Shown piece by piece: positions 8,741 to 14,614 of a DNA stretch of 24,000 nt. The stretch spans positions 83,469 through 107,468 of the forward strand of contig JAGXNV010000001.1 of the NCBI GenBank assembly GCA_019894795.1. The letters run 5' to 3'. How positions within the stretch are numbered: the first letter of the stretch is position 1; each line of letters starts with the position of its first letter. The translations under genes and the position numbers were made by a program. The notes under the pieces are model-generated. The model had not been told where the DNA came from. It worked only from the letters and a program-made list of their open reading frames with translations, and ran no database searches. The stretch comes from Candidatus Heimdallarchaeota archaeon. GTDB taxonomy: Archaea; Asgardarchaeota; Heimdallarchaeia; Heimdallarchaeales; Heimdallarchaeaceae.

Positions 8741-9310
8741 ATGTACGAGGAAATTAAACTCTTCGATAAATGGGACTTCAGCGAAGTAGAAGTAAATGAT
8801 TTAGGTCTACAAAGATATATCTCACTTCAACCTGTATTCTTTCCACATTCCGGTGGTAGAAATCAAGTTCAAAGGTTTAAGAAAGCAGAGATGAGCATCG
8901 TTGAAAGATTTACCAATAAATTGATGAAGAAAGGTAAAAATGCCGGTAAAAAGCAAAGAGCAATTAATATTGTGAGAATGGCTTTTGATATAATTTATGA
9001 AAGAACTGGTGTAAATCCCATACAAATTTTAGTTGATGCTATCAGTAATGTTGCACCAAGAGAAGAAACAACTCGTTTAACATATGGTGGTGTAGCTCAA
9101 CATATAGCCGTGGATATTTCTCCTCTACGAAGAGTTGATCTTGCATTAAGATACATGTCCAATGCAATAAAACAAAAGAGTTTCAACAACGTAAAAAGTG
9201 TTGAAGAAGTAACTGCAGAAGAATTAATTCTTGCATCCAAAGGAGATCAAGGAAGTAATGCAGTTAAAAAGAGACAAGAGATAGAGAGAATAGCTCTATC
9301 GGCAAGATAA
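8741..9310 (+). CDS. rps7: 30S ribosomal protein S7 (uS7), archaeal type
   Basis: 189 aa. LFDKWDFSEVEVNDLGLQRYISL and YGGVAQHIAVDISPLRRVDLALRY are typical of archaeal uS7. A GAGGA Shine-Dalgarno-like site lies 7 nt upstream of the ATG. Confidence 0.95.
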   Translation: MYEEIKLFDKWDFSEVEVNDLGLQRYISLQPVFFPHSGGRNQVQRFKKAEMSIVERFTNKLMKKGKNAGKKQRAINIVRMAFDIIYERTGVNPIQILVDAISNVAPREETTRLTYGGVAQHIAVDISPLRRVDLALRYMSNAIKQKSFNNVKSVEEVTAEELILASKGDQGSNAVKKRQEIERIALSAR

Positions 9311-9320
9311 GATTAATAAG

Positions 9321-9896
9321 GTGATACAAATAGGAAAGAGACCAGCCCGTTGCTATAGACATGTAAGAGGCCCTGCAAATACAAGAGTTGGTAAATTCGT
9401 TAGAGGTGCTCCTGATGCTAGAATTAGAGCTTATGATGCTGGAAATCGTAAAGGTGATTTTCCAGTACATGTTCATTTAGTTTCTCTAGAAAAATGTCAA
9501 ATTAGACACACAGCTTTAGAAGCTGCAAGAATTGCCGTAAATAGAGTTCTTCAACGAGCATTAGGTGTAGAAGGTTATCATATGACCATAAGAATTCACC
9601 CCCATCACATTTTAAGAGAAAATAAAATGATGGCGGTTGCTGGAGCAGACAGGATTCAAGATGGTATGAGACGATCCTTTGGCAAACCAACTGATAGAGC
9701 TGCACGTGTTAAGGAAGGTCAAGAAGTAGTGACTGTAAGAGCATATGCAAAAGATTACTTTACAATGTTAGACGCTTTAAAAAGAGGTGCTGACCGTTTT
9801 CCCACAGTTTGTAAGTACAAGATTGGAAAAGGGGAAGACCTAGTAAATGAGTTCTTAAAGAGAAGATCAAGACGACGCGGAACTGGTCAACAATAA
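9321..9896 (+). CDS. rpl10e: 50S ribosomal protein L10e (uL16), archaeal/eukaryotic type
   Basis: 191 aa. GKRPARCYRH...RGAPDARIRAYDAGN closely parallels the eukaryotic RPL10 N-terminus (RRPARCYR...RGVPDAKIRIFD). A GTG start lies 10 nt after the S7 stop. The exact start is uncertain. Confidence 0.9.
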   Translation: MIQIGKRPARCYRHVRGPANTRVGKFVRGAPDARIRAYDAGNRKGDFPVHVHLVSLEKCQIRHTALEAARIAVNRVLQRALGVEGYHMTIRIHPHHILRENKMMAVAGADRIQDGMRRSFGKPTDRAARVKEGQEVVTVRAYAKDYFTMLDALKRGADRFPTVCKYKIGKGEDLVNEFLKRRSRRRGTGQQ

Positions 9897-9924
9897 ACTT
9901 TCCCCATTATTTTCTTTTACATTT

Positions 9925-10389
9925 TTAATTTGACTCAGTACTTCTTTTTCGATTAAAGCATTTTCTTTTCTTTACCTTCATCTTTATTGTGTCGGTTTCA
10001 TTAATGTTAATCTTTATAGGACTTGCTTCGAATTGATTGTTGGTACAACTAATCATGTAATTATATTGCTCTTCCCGTGATTTCCATTTAGGTTTTTCAT
10101 TTTTCAGTAATGGCAACGCAAAAGCTATCCGTTTATTCTCTCTCAACCAAGTCGGATCATACAGGGATACTTCAATAATAGGTTCAGCAACTTCAAGTGA
10201 ACCGTCATAATCCATAATACCCATCTCCCAGTGATCTTTGAATTGACCAATTAACTCTTCTTGATCTAGTTCTGAATACCCAACTCTATTAGTTTTAGGA
10301 GTAGTAATATAGTATGGATTTTTCCTTCCCGCTGTAATTTTAAGTTCCAGAATAATACCGTTCAAATCGACTTTTTCATCCGAAACCAA
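9925..10389 (-). CDS. Hypothetical protein with no recognisable family and a basic C-terminal tail
   Basis: 154-aa ORF with protein-like composition. The only upstream start is TTG, with no convincing Shine-Dalgarno or TATA spacing. The next ATG is at codon 55. The start, and even coding status, is uncertain. Confidence 0.45.
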   Translation of the reverse strand: MVSDEKVDLNGIILELKITAGRKNPYYITTPKTNRVGYSELDQEELIGQFKDHWEMGIMDYDGSLEVAEPIIEVSLYDPTWLRENKRIAFALPLLKNEKPKWKSREEQYNYMISCTNNQFEASPIKININETDTIKMKVKKRKCFNRKRSTESN

Positions 10390-10483
10390 GTCAATTAGAT
10401 TTTATCTGGAATCTTCATACTATCAAATATTAGCGTTTTTGGGTAAAAAATCTTTTCGTGCATTCAAATCCAGAATGAAATGG

Positions 10484-10615
10484 TCATAGTCTTGTACATG
10501 ATGCATGCAAAAATAGAATAAAAAACGATAGAATTACAGGGAATAGAATTAAAGGAATCATCAAACAGGAGCAATTAAAATTAACATTCTTAAAACAAAA
10601 GAAAAAATAATCCAT
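10484..10615 (-). CDS. Candidate small ORF (43 aa) encoding a single-transmembrane, Cys-containing peptide. It is not in the supplied track.
   Basis: My own translation gives MDYFFFCFKNVNFNCSCLMIPLILFPVILSFFILFLHASCTRL*. The three repeats phased at 15 nt fall in frame, giving IL every 5 codons. An ATAAATAA TATA-like element lies about 19 nt upstream. A stop-free run of this length is not rare by chance on the T-rich strand of AT-rich DNA. Confidence 0.2.
   Translation of the reverse strand: MDYFFFCFKNVNFNCSCLMIPLILFPVILSFFILFLHASCTRL
10513..10549. repeat. Three direct copies of ATAGAAT spaced exactly 15 bp apart. A fourth copy, GAATAGAAg, lies at 10657-10665 just upstream of the TATA-like box of the 10698 gene.
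   Basis: The copies are at 10513-10519, 10528-10534 and 10543-10549. They read aaATAGAATa, cgATAGAATt and gaATAGAATt. This is read directly from the sequence. Confidence 0.85.
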
Positions 10616-10668
10616 TTTCTTTGGCTTTTTTTAATTATTTATTAGTATTTTGACTTGAATAGAAGAAT

Positions 10669-10678
10669 ACTTTTATTG
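10669..10678 (+). promoter_or_regulatory. TATA-like element upstream of the DUF4037-like gene
   Basis: ACTTTTATTG ends 19 nt before the ATG at 10698 and no Shine-Dalgarno site is present. This is consistent with a leaderless mRNA. Confidence 0.3.
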
Positions 10679-10697
10679 TTTTTTCTGATATTTTCCT

Positions 10698-11786
10698 ATG
10701 GATTCTGCATTTATTCCCGGATTGAAATTATCGGAGATGTTTTTCCAAGAGGTAGTAAAAGAAATTATTGAGGCAGAATATCCAGGCTTAAAATATACTG
10801 CAGCATTAATAGGTCCTGGATCAGAGGTAATTGGTCTGGATGATGCCGTTTCTGCAGATCATCATTGGGGATTACGATTATTCATTTTCTTAGGATTAAA
10901 GGATTATGAGATGCATTCAGATTCATTAAAAAAATTATTCAGAAAAAAATTACCATATGAATTTAAAGGGCATTCAACACATTGGAGTGAACCTGATCCT
11001 AATGATTCAGGAACCCAATTACCATCGCTTACAGAAGACGGAGAAATAAATCATAGAATAGAAATTCATACAGTGAACAATTACCTTAAGGAACATTTGA
11101 ATCTTGAAAACCTCGAGTTAACAGATTTTGACTGGCTTTTGTTACCAGAGCAAAAATTGTTAGAATTTACTTCTGGAAGAATATTTTTTGACACTCTTGG
11201 GGATTTAAGAACAGCGAGACAATATCTTACTTATTTACCTGACAATGTGTGGAAGTATAAAATACTTTCAGAATGGGAACATATAACACAGGAGATGGCT
11301 TTCGCTGGGAGAACCGGTGGGATTGGAGATGAATTAGGATCTAAAATCGAATCGTCTCGACTTGTTAGATATATTATGAGATTGGCTCTACTCTTAAATA
11401 AAAAATACATTCCTTATCCAAAATGGTTTGGTACAACTTTTAAAAAACTCCCAATAGCTCAAAAGTTGGAACCTATCTTACTTGCAATTTTAAGAGAGGA
11501 GGATTGGAAAGAGAGAGATAATATACTTTGCAAAGCGTATATGATGATGGTTGAGGAGCAGAACAAATTACAAATAACCCCTGAATTAACAGTTAGACCT
11601 AAACCATACCATACTAGGAATATGACTGTTATTGATACTCAAAAGGTGGTTGATGCTCTAAAGAAAGCAATAAAACCTCCACTTGATACTCTACCACCTA
11701 TTGGTTCTGTAGATCAATTATTGGATGTGGGAGGAGGTTTAAGTTCAAAGTTAGCACAAAAAACAAGGAATTTGTTTGAAAATTGA
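10698..11786 (+). CDS. DUF4037-like protein with an N-terminal nucleotidyltransferase-fold-like region
   Basis: 362 aa. GPGSEVIGLDDAVSADHHWGLRL resembles the GS...G...S.DH.WG signature I associate with DUF4037 / NTase-like proteins. This is from memory and needs an HMM check. Confidence 0.55.
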   Translation: MDSAFIPGLKLSEMFFQEVVKEIIEAEYPGLKYTAALIGPGSEVIGLDDAVSADHHWGLRLFIFLGLKDYEMHSDSLKKLFRKKLPYEFKGHSTHWSEPDPNDSGTQLPSLTEDGEINHRIEIHTVNNYLKEHLNLENLELTDFDWLLLPEQKLLEFTSGRIFFDTLGDLRTARQYLTYLPDNVWKYKILSEWEHITQEMAFAGRTGGIGDELGSKIESSRLVRYIMRLALLLNKKYIPYPKWFGTTFKKLPIAQKLEPILLAILREEDWKERDNILCKAYMMMVEEQNKLQITPELTVRPKPYHTRNMTVIDTQKVVDALKKAIKPPLDTLPPIGSVDQLLDVGGGLSSKLAQKTRNLFEN

Positions 11787-11791
11787 TACTC

Positions 11792-12073
11792 CTAGTTATT
11801 TTCCTCAACGCTTGCTTCCCAGCCTATGACATCAATAAACTCTTCCTCAAAGGATATAACTTCTTTATTCTTTAACGGATTCCATTCATCCACTGCAAAT
11901 TCAATAGCTTCTTCTTCATTTCTAGCTGTTACTCGGTAATGATAATCTCTTCTCTCTGTTCTTGTCACTATTACTAAATAATCTTCGAATATATCTTCGT
12001 CATCAATTACTTCTTCAATGACTATAGTTTTTCGTTTTGTTTTTTTTCCTTTTTTCTTCTTCTTCTTAGGCAT
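11792..12073 (-). CDS. Small hypothetical protein with a polylysine N-terminus and an acidic body
   Basis: 93 aa: MPKKKKKKGKKTKRKT followed by an acidic alpha/beta-looking core (YLVIVTRTERRDYHYRVTARNEEEAIEFAVDEW). A TATA-like TTTTATAT lies about 21 nt upstream of the ATG (12095-12102, minus strand). The stop is only 5 nt from the convergent DUF4037-like gene's stop. Confidence 0.55.
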   Translation of the reverse strand: MPKKKKKKGKKTKRKTIVIEEVIDDEDIFEDYLVIVTRTERRDYHYRVTARNEEEAIEFAVDEWNPLKNKEVISFEEEFIDVIGWEASVEENN

Positions 12074-12203
12074 AATATTTTGTTATAATATCTAATATAA
12101 AAATAATTATTCAATAAATCGTCTAAAAATTATGTTGTGAATGCACGAATAGGATATGAACAAAAAAGATAAAAAGAATGGAATAAAATCTGGTCTAACA
12201 ACT

Positions 12204-12327
12204 GGCTCGGTAGCTCAGTTGGCAGAGCGCAAGACTCATAATCTTGATAAATAAGGGTTAGACTGCAAACGTGAACCTCAGATGCGTAATCTTGAGGTCG
12301 GGGGATCGAGTCCCCCCCGAGCCACCA
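12204..12327 (+). tRNA. tRNA with anticodon CAU. It is of elongator Met type, or Ile2 if C34 is modified. It is interrupted by a 48-nt intron at the canonical 37/38 position and encodes its 3' CCA.
   Basis: I folded the cloverleaf manually.
- Acceptor stem: GGCTCGG/CCGAGCC.
- D arm: GCTC-AGTTGGCA-GAGC.
- Anticodon stem: CAAGA/TCTTG, with loop CT-CAT-AA.
- Variable loop: AGGTC.
- T arm: GGGGG-ATCGAGT-CCCCC.
- Discriminator A, followed by CCA.
G1:C72 and an A/U-rich anticodon stem argue against an initiator. A T6 run follows at 12336-12341. Confidence 0.88.
12241..12288 (+). other. tRNA intron (48 nt) at position 37/38
   Basis: Removing 12241-12288 restores a 7-nt anticodon loop and a 5-bp stem. 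The intron 5' end TCT(T)GA can pair with TCAGA at 12278-12282, and the intron 3' end can partly pair with the anticodon loop, giving a relaxed bulge-helix-bulge. The exact junction can slide because of the 9-nt duplication TAATCTTGA. Confidence 0.75.
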
Positions 12328-12439
12328 TCTTATATTTTTTAATATTTTATTTCATCAACATCAATTTCATATCCCGTTCTAGTTGCCTCTGGTTCTCTAC
12401 AAAGACAACAATTAATTTTTGTCTAGAAAAATAAAACGC

Positions 12440-12465
12440 AAAGAAGGATTATATCCTTCTTTTTT
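12440..12465. terminator. Perfect hairpin with flanking A and T runs between the convergent tRNA and cyclophilin genes, a candidate bidirectional terminator
   Basis: AAAGAAGGAT-tat-ATCCTTCTTT is a 10-bp perfect stem with a 3-nt loop. It is followed by a T run on the plus strand and by GCGTTTTATTTTT on the minus strand. Confidence 0.5.
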
Positions 12466-12477
12466 ATTAAATAAATT

Positions 12478-12951
12478 TTATAGTTTTTGTAGTTGATGGT
12501 TTTTGATTATATCTGATTCTTCTTCAATCGTAACCTTAACCATTTTGTCTCCTTGGACAATTTTATTTACAACATCCATGCCATCCACAACTTTTCCAAA
12601 AACTGTGTGTTTTTTATTAAGATGTTTACAATTGTTAGGATTGAGAACTATAAAGAATTGTGATCCATTTGTATTTGGACCAGCATTTGCCATGCTTAAA
12701 TGCCCCAAATTATGTATTTGCACTGGATTACCCACTTCATCTGCAATTTGATACCCTGGTCCTCCTTTTCCTGTTCCTGTAGGATCTCCTCCTTGAACAA
12801 CAAAATCAGGAATCACACGGTGAAAAACAACGCCATCATAGTAGTTAGATTGAGCTAATGATATAATATTCTTTACTGTATTAGGTGTATGTTCATCAAA
12901 AAGTTCGATTGTAATAATGCCCTTATTAGTTTCCATTATTGCTTTAGTCAT
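12478..12951 (-). CDS. ppiB: Peptidyl-prolyl cis-trans isomerase, cyclophilin type
   Basis: 157 aa. FHRVIPDFVVQGGDPTGTGKGGPGY and GSQFFI are cyclophilin signatures. A GGAGA Shine-Dalgarno-like site lies 6 nt upstream of the ATG. Confidence 0.93.
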   Translation of the reverse strand: MTKAIMETNKGIITIELFDEHTPNTVKNIISLAQSNYYDGVVFHRVIPDFVVQGGDPTGTGKGGPGYQIADEVGNPVQIHNLGHLSMANAGPNTNGSQFFIVLNPNNCKHLNKKHTVFGKVVDGMDVVNKIVQGDKMVKVTIEEESDIIKNHQLQKL

Positions 12952-13053
12952 ATTAATCTCCTAAATGTCAGTGATTATTCTTCATTTTTATTTATAGTGG
13001 TTAGGCAATAATTTCTTAAATATTGAAAAAATACTACATTAGAGCTGATTAGA

Positions 13054-13539
13054 TTGATAGATGAGGAACAGAATTCTGGACCTAAACCCAAATCCACATT
13101 AAAATTCACTCCATGGATTTCTGCCATTCTTATTCTAATCTATTCTGTAACTGTTCAATTCTTATTAATTGCAAGTATGGAAAGTGCGTTTGATTCAGTA
13201 GAAGATTTCTTCAAACAATCGTCATCAAGTTTTTTACTAATAGAAATTCCAATCCCCTTAATATTGGCTGTAATCTTTTATTACTATAGTCAGCACAGTA
13301 GATCCTGGAACATTAACCTATTTCTTTTTAGCTTGACTTCATTGGGGAGTGCAATATTGGGGATTGTTATCTACACGATTTTACTTCAGTTTCTTGTAGG
13401 TCAATATTTTGACTTCATCTTCATACTAGTTACAATATTTTTATCTCTTATATTTGCTATACTTTCTATCGTAATCCGCAAAATAGTTCTTAAACGAAAA
13501 ACCTTGCAGCAAGGTTCCTTCACCAGAAAGTTGACCTAA
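13054..13539 (+). CDS. Hypothetical integral membrane protein with about 4 predicted hydrophobic segments
   Basis: 161-aa ORF with clear hydrophobic helices. It has a TTG start and no family is recognised. Confidence 0.5.
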   Translation: MIDEEQNSGPKPKSTLKFTPWISAILILIYSVTVQFLLIASMESAFDSVEDFFKQSSSSFLLIEIPIPLILAVIFYYYSQHSRSWNINLFLFSLTSLGSAILGIVIYTILLQFLVGQYFDFIFILVTIFLSLIFAILSIVIRKIVLKRKTLQQGSFTRKLT

Positions 13540-13613
13540 ACAACAAGGTTATTTTCAGAAATTTCAACTCTTCTAATAAGATCCCCCGCCTGCCCTCTCT
13601 AGTCTAGTTGTAT

Positions 13614-14378
13614 TCATTTGTGTTTCAGATTGCTAACAAGGTCAGTAACAATCTTGGGTAGTTCAGTCATGTTTTTTACATAATGGGGGTAACTTGGTTC
13701 ATATTCTCCGGTTAAACAAGCCTGAATAACATTAGCCCCACTATTTAAGGCGCACTCCAAGAACATTGGTCTGTCTTCAATAATTATTGCTTTATCTGGT
13801 TCAAACCAGACATCATCAAAAATTCGCTTGAAAAAATTATTATTGGTTTTGTGGGTATTAACAAGATCCGATCCATAAAAATTCTCAAAAAGATTTTTTA
13901 TTCTCATTCCTTGCAAATATCCCTTTAGTTCTAGTGAATCCTCTCCAGAAGCTGTATAAAGCTTAAATCCAAGTTTCTTTAATTTCTTAATACTATCAAT
14001 GACTCCAGGGTATGCAGATCGAATGTTGGGCGTGATATATTCAATAGCTTCTCGGTATATTCGTTTATATTCCGATATAGCAGGCAATTTTACCTCTACA
14101 TAATTAAACATCTCTTCTATCCATCTTTTTACAAAATCTTCGTGGTATGTCCTGTAATCTACATTGACCCCACTACTTATCACTTCAGTATGTTCTTTCA
14201 CAATTTCTTCTATGAAATTAACATTACTTTCAGCCCATTTATAGGGTTCTCCTCCAAATCTAGGTGCAAAAAAGTCACCAACCATCTTTTGAAATTGTAA
14301 CCCTCGAATCCTATTGTCATTCATCACCCCTCCGTCATCAAAGAATACAGCAAATTCTGCGAACCGTATCTGTGACAT
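13614..14378 (-). CDS. HAD-superfamily hydrolase (subfamily IA variant-like)
   Basis: 254 aa. Motif I-like FFDDGGVM (compare FDxGGVL), motif II YTASGE and motif IV IIIEDRP...NSGANVI are present. A TATA-like TTTATTTA (14408-14401) lies 22 nt upstream of the ATG. Confidence 0.65.
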   Translation of the reverse strand: MSQIRFAEFAVFFDDGGVMNDNRIRGLQFQKMVGDFFAPRFGGEPYKWAESNVNFIEEIVKEHTEVISSGVNVDYRTYHEDFVKRWIEEMFNYVEVKLPAISEYKRIYREAIEYITPNIRSAYPGVIDSIKKLKKLGFKLYTASGEDSLELKGYLQGMRIKNLFENFYGSDLVNTHKTNNNFFKRIFDDVWFEPDKAIIIEDRPMFLECALNSGANVIQACLTGEYEPSYPHYVKNMTELPKIVTDLVSNLKHK

Positions 14379-14614
14379 TACTATTCGCTTGAGTTAGTAG
14401 TAAATAAAGCTATTCCAAGAAATATGTGTAATTTTCTAGAATTAGCTAGACAATACTTTCAACGGCCTCCAATACAGTTAAAACCCCCTACTTTCGACTG
14501 GAAATTAGAACATCATCTTATTAGAAGGTGAGTATGAACTGGAATACAAAACCTGGCTGTTTTTCTCCTAGAATATGAAAAAATTAATAATGGAGTGAAT
14601 TTGAAGAAAAGTAG

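Noticed and set aside
9319-9335. Alternative rpl10e start at ATA 9330. It would give MGKRPARCYR, mimicking the eukaryotic MGRRPARCYR, with AAGGTGAT (9319-9326) acting as its Shine-Dalgarno site.
   Set aside because: ATA is a very rare initiator and the spacing to the Shine-Dalgarno-like site would be only 3 nt. The GTG at 9321 is the simpler call, and the issue cannot be resolved from sequence alone.
12040-12070. Long homopyrimidine tract (TTTTTTTTCCTTTTTTCTTCTTCTTCTT), a possible structural or regulatory DNA element.
   Set aside because: It is fully explained as the antisense of the AAG/AAA lysine codons encoding the polylysine N-terminus of the 93-aa ORF.
12241-12288. Possible box C/D guide RNA embedded in the tRNA intron, as seen in some haloarchaeal tRNA introns. 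The candidate boxes are TGATAA, CTGC, GTGAAC and CAGA.
   Set aside because: All four candidate boxes are degenerate, and 48 nt is too short for a complete C/D'/C'/D architecture with 12-nt guides.
12328-12360. TGATGA (box-C-like) on the minus strand just downstream of the tRNA (plus-strand TCATCA at about 12345-12355), with a CTGA about 70 nt further along the minus strand.
   Set aside because: The putative sRNA would be fully antisense to the tRNA gene, and the D box falls inside the tRNA intron. There are no internal D' or C' boxes, so it is most likely a coincidence.
13581-13612. GC-rich island (AGATCCCCCGCCTGCCCTCTC) between convergent genes. Its GATCCCCCG core matches the reverse complement of the T-arm of the tRNA at 12299-12307, so it could be an att-site or tRNA-fragment remnant.
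   Set aside because: The match is only 9 nt exact, or about 12 of 13 with an indel, and it is in inverted rather than direct orientation relative to the tRNA. There is no complementary T-stem strand and no integrase or other mobile-element genes between the two sites. A chance match cannot be excluded after post-hoc selection.
14424-14531. 35-codon plus-strand sORF (MCNFLELARQYFQRPPIQLKPPTFDWKLEHHLIRR*) in the 236-bp divergent region between the HAD and alpha/beta-hydrolase genes. The region is slightly more GC-rich than neighbouring spacers and has a direct ATTAGAA repeat.
   Set aside because: It has no Shine-Dalgarno or TATA signal at suitable spacing, no recognisable motif, and a length within chance expectation. 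I am keeping it only as a note for transcriptome checks.
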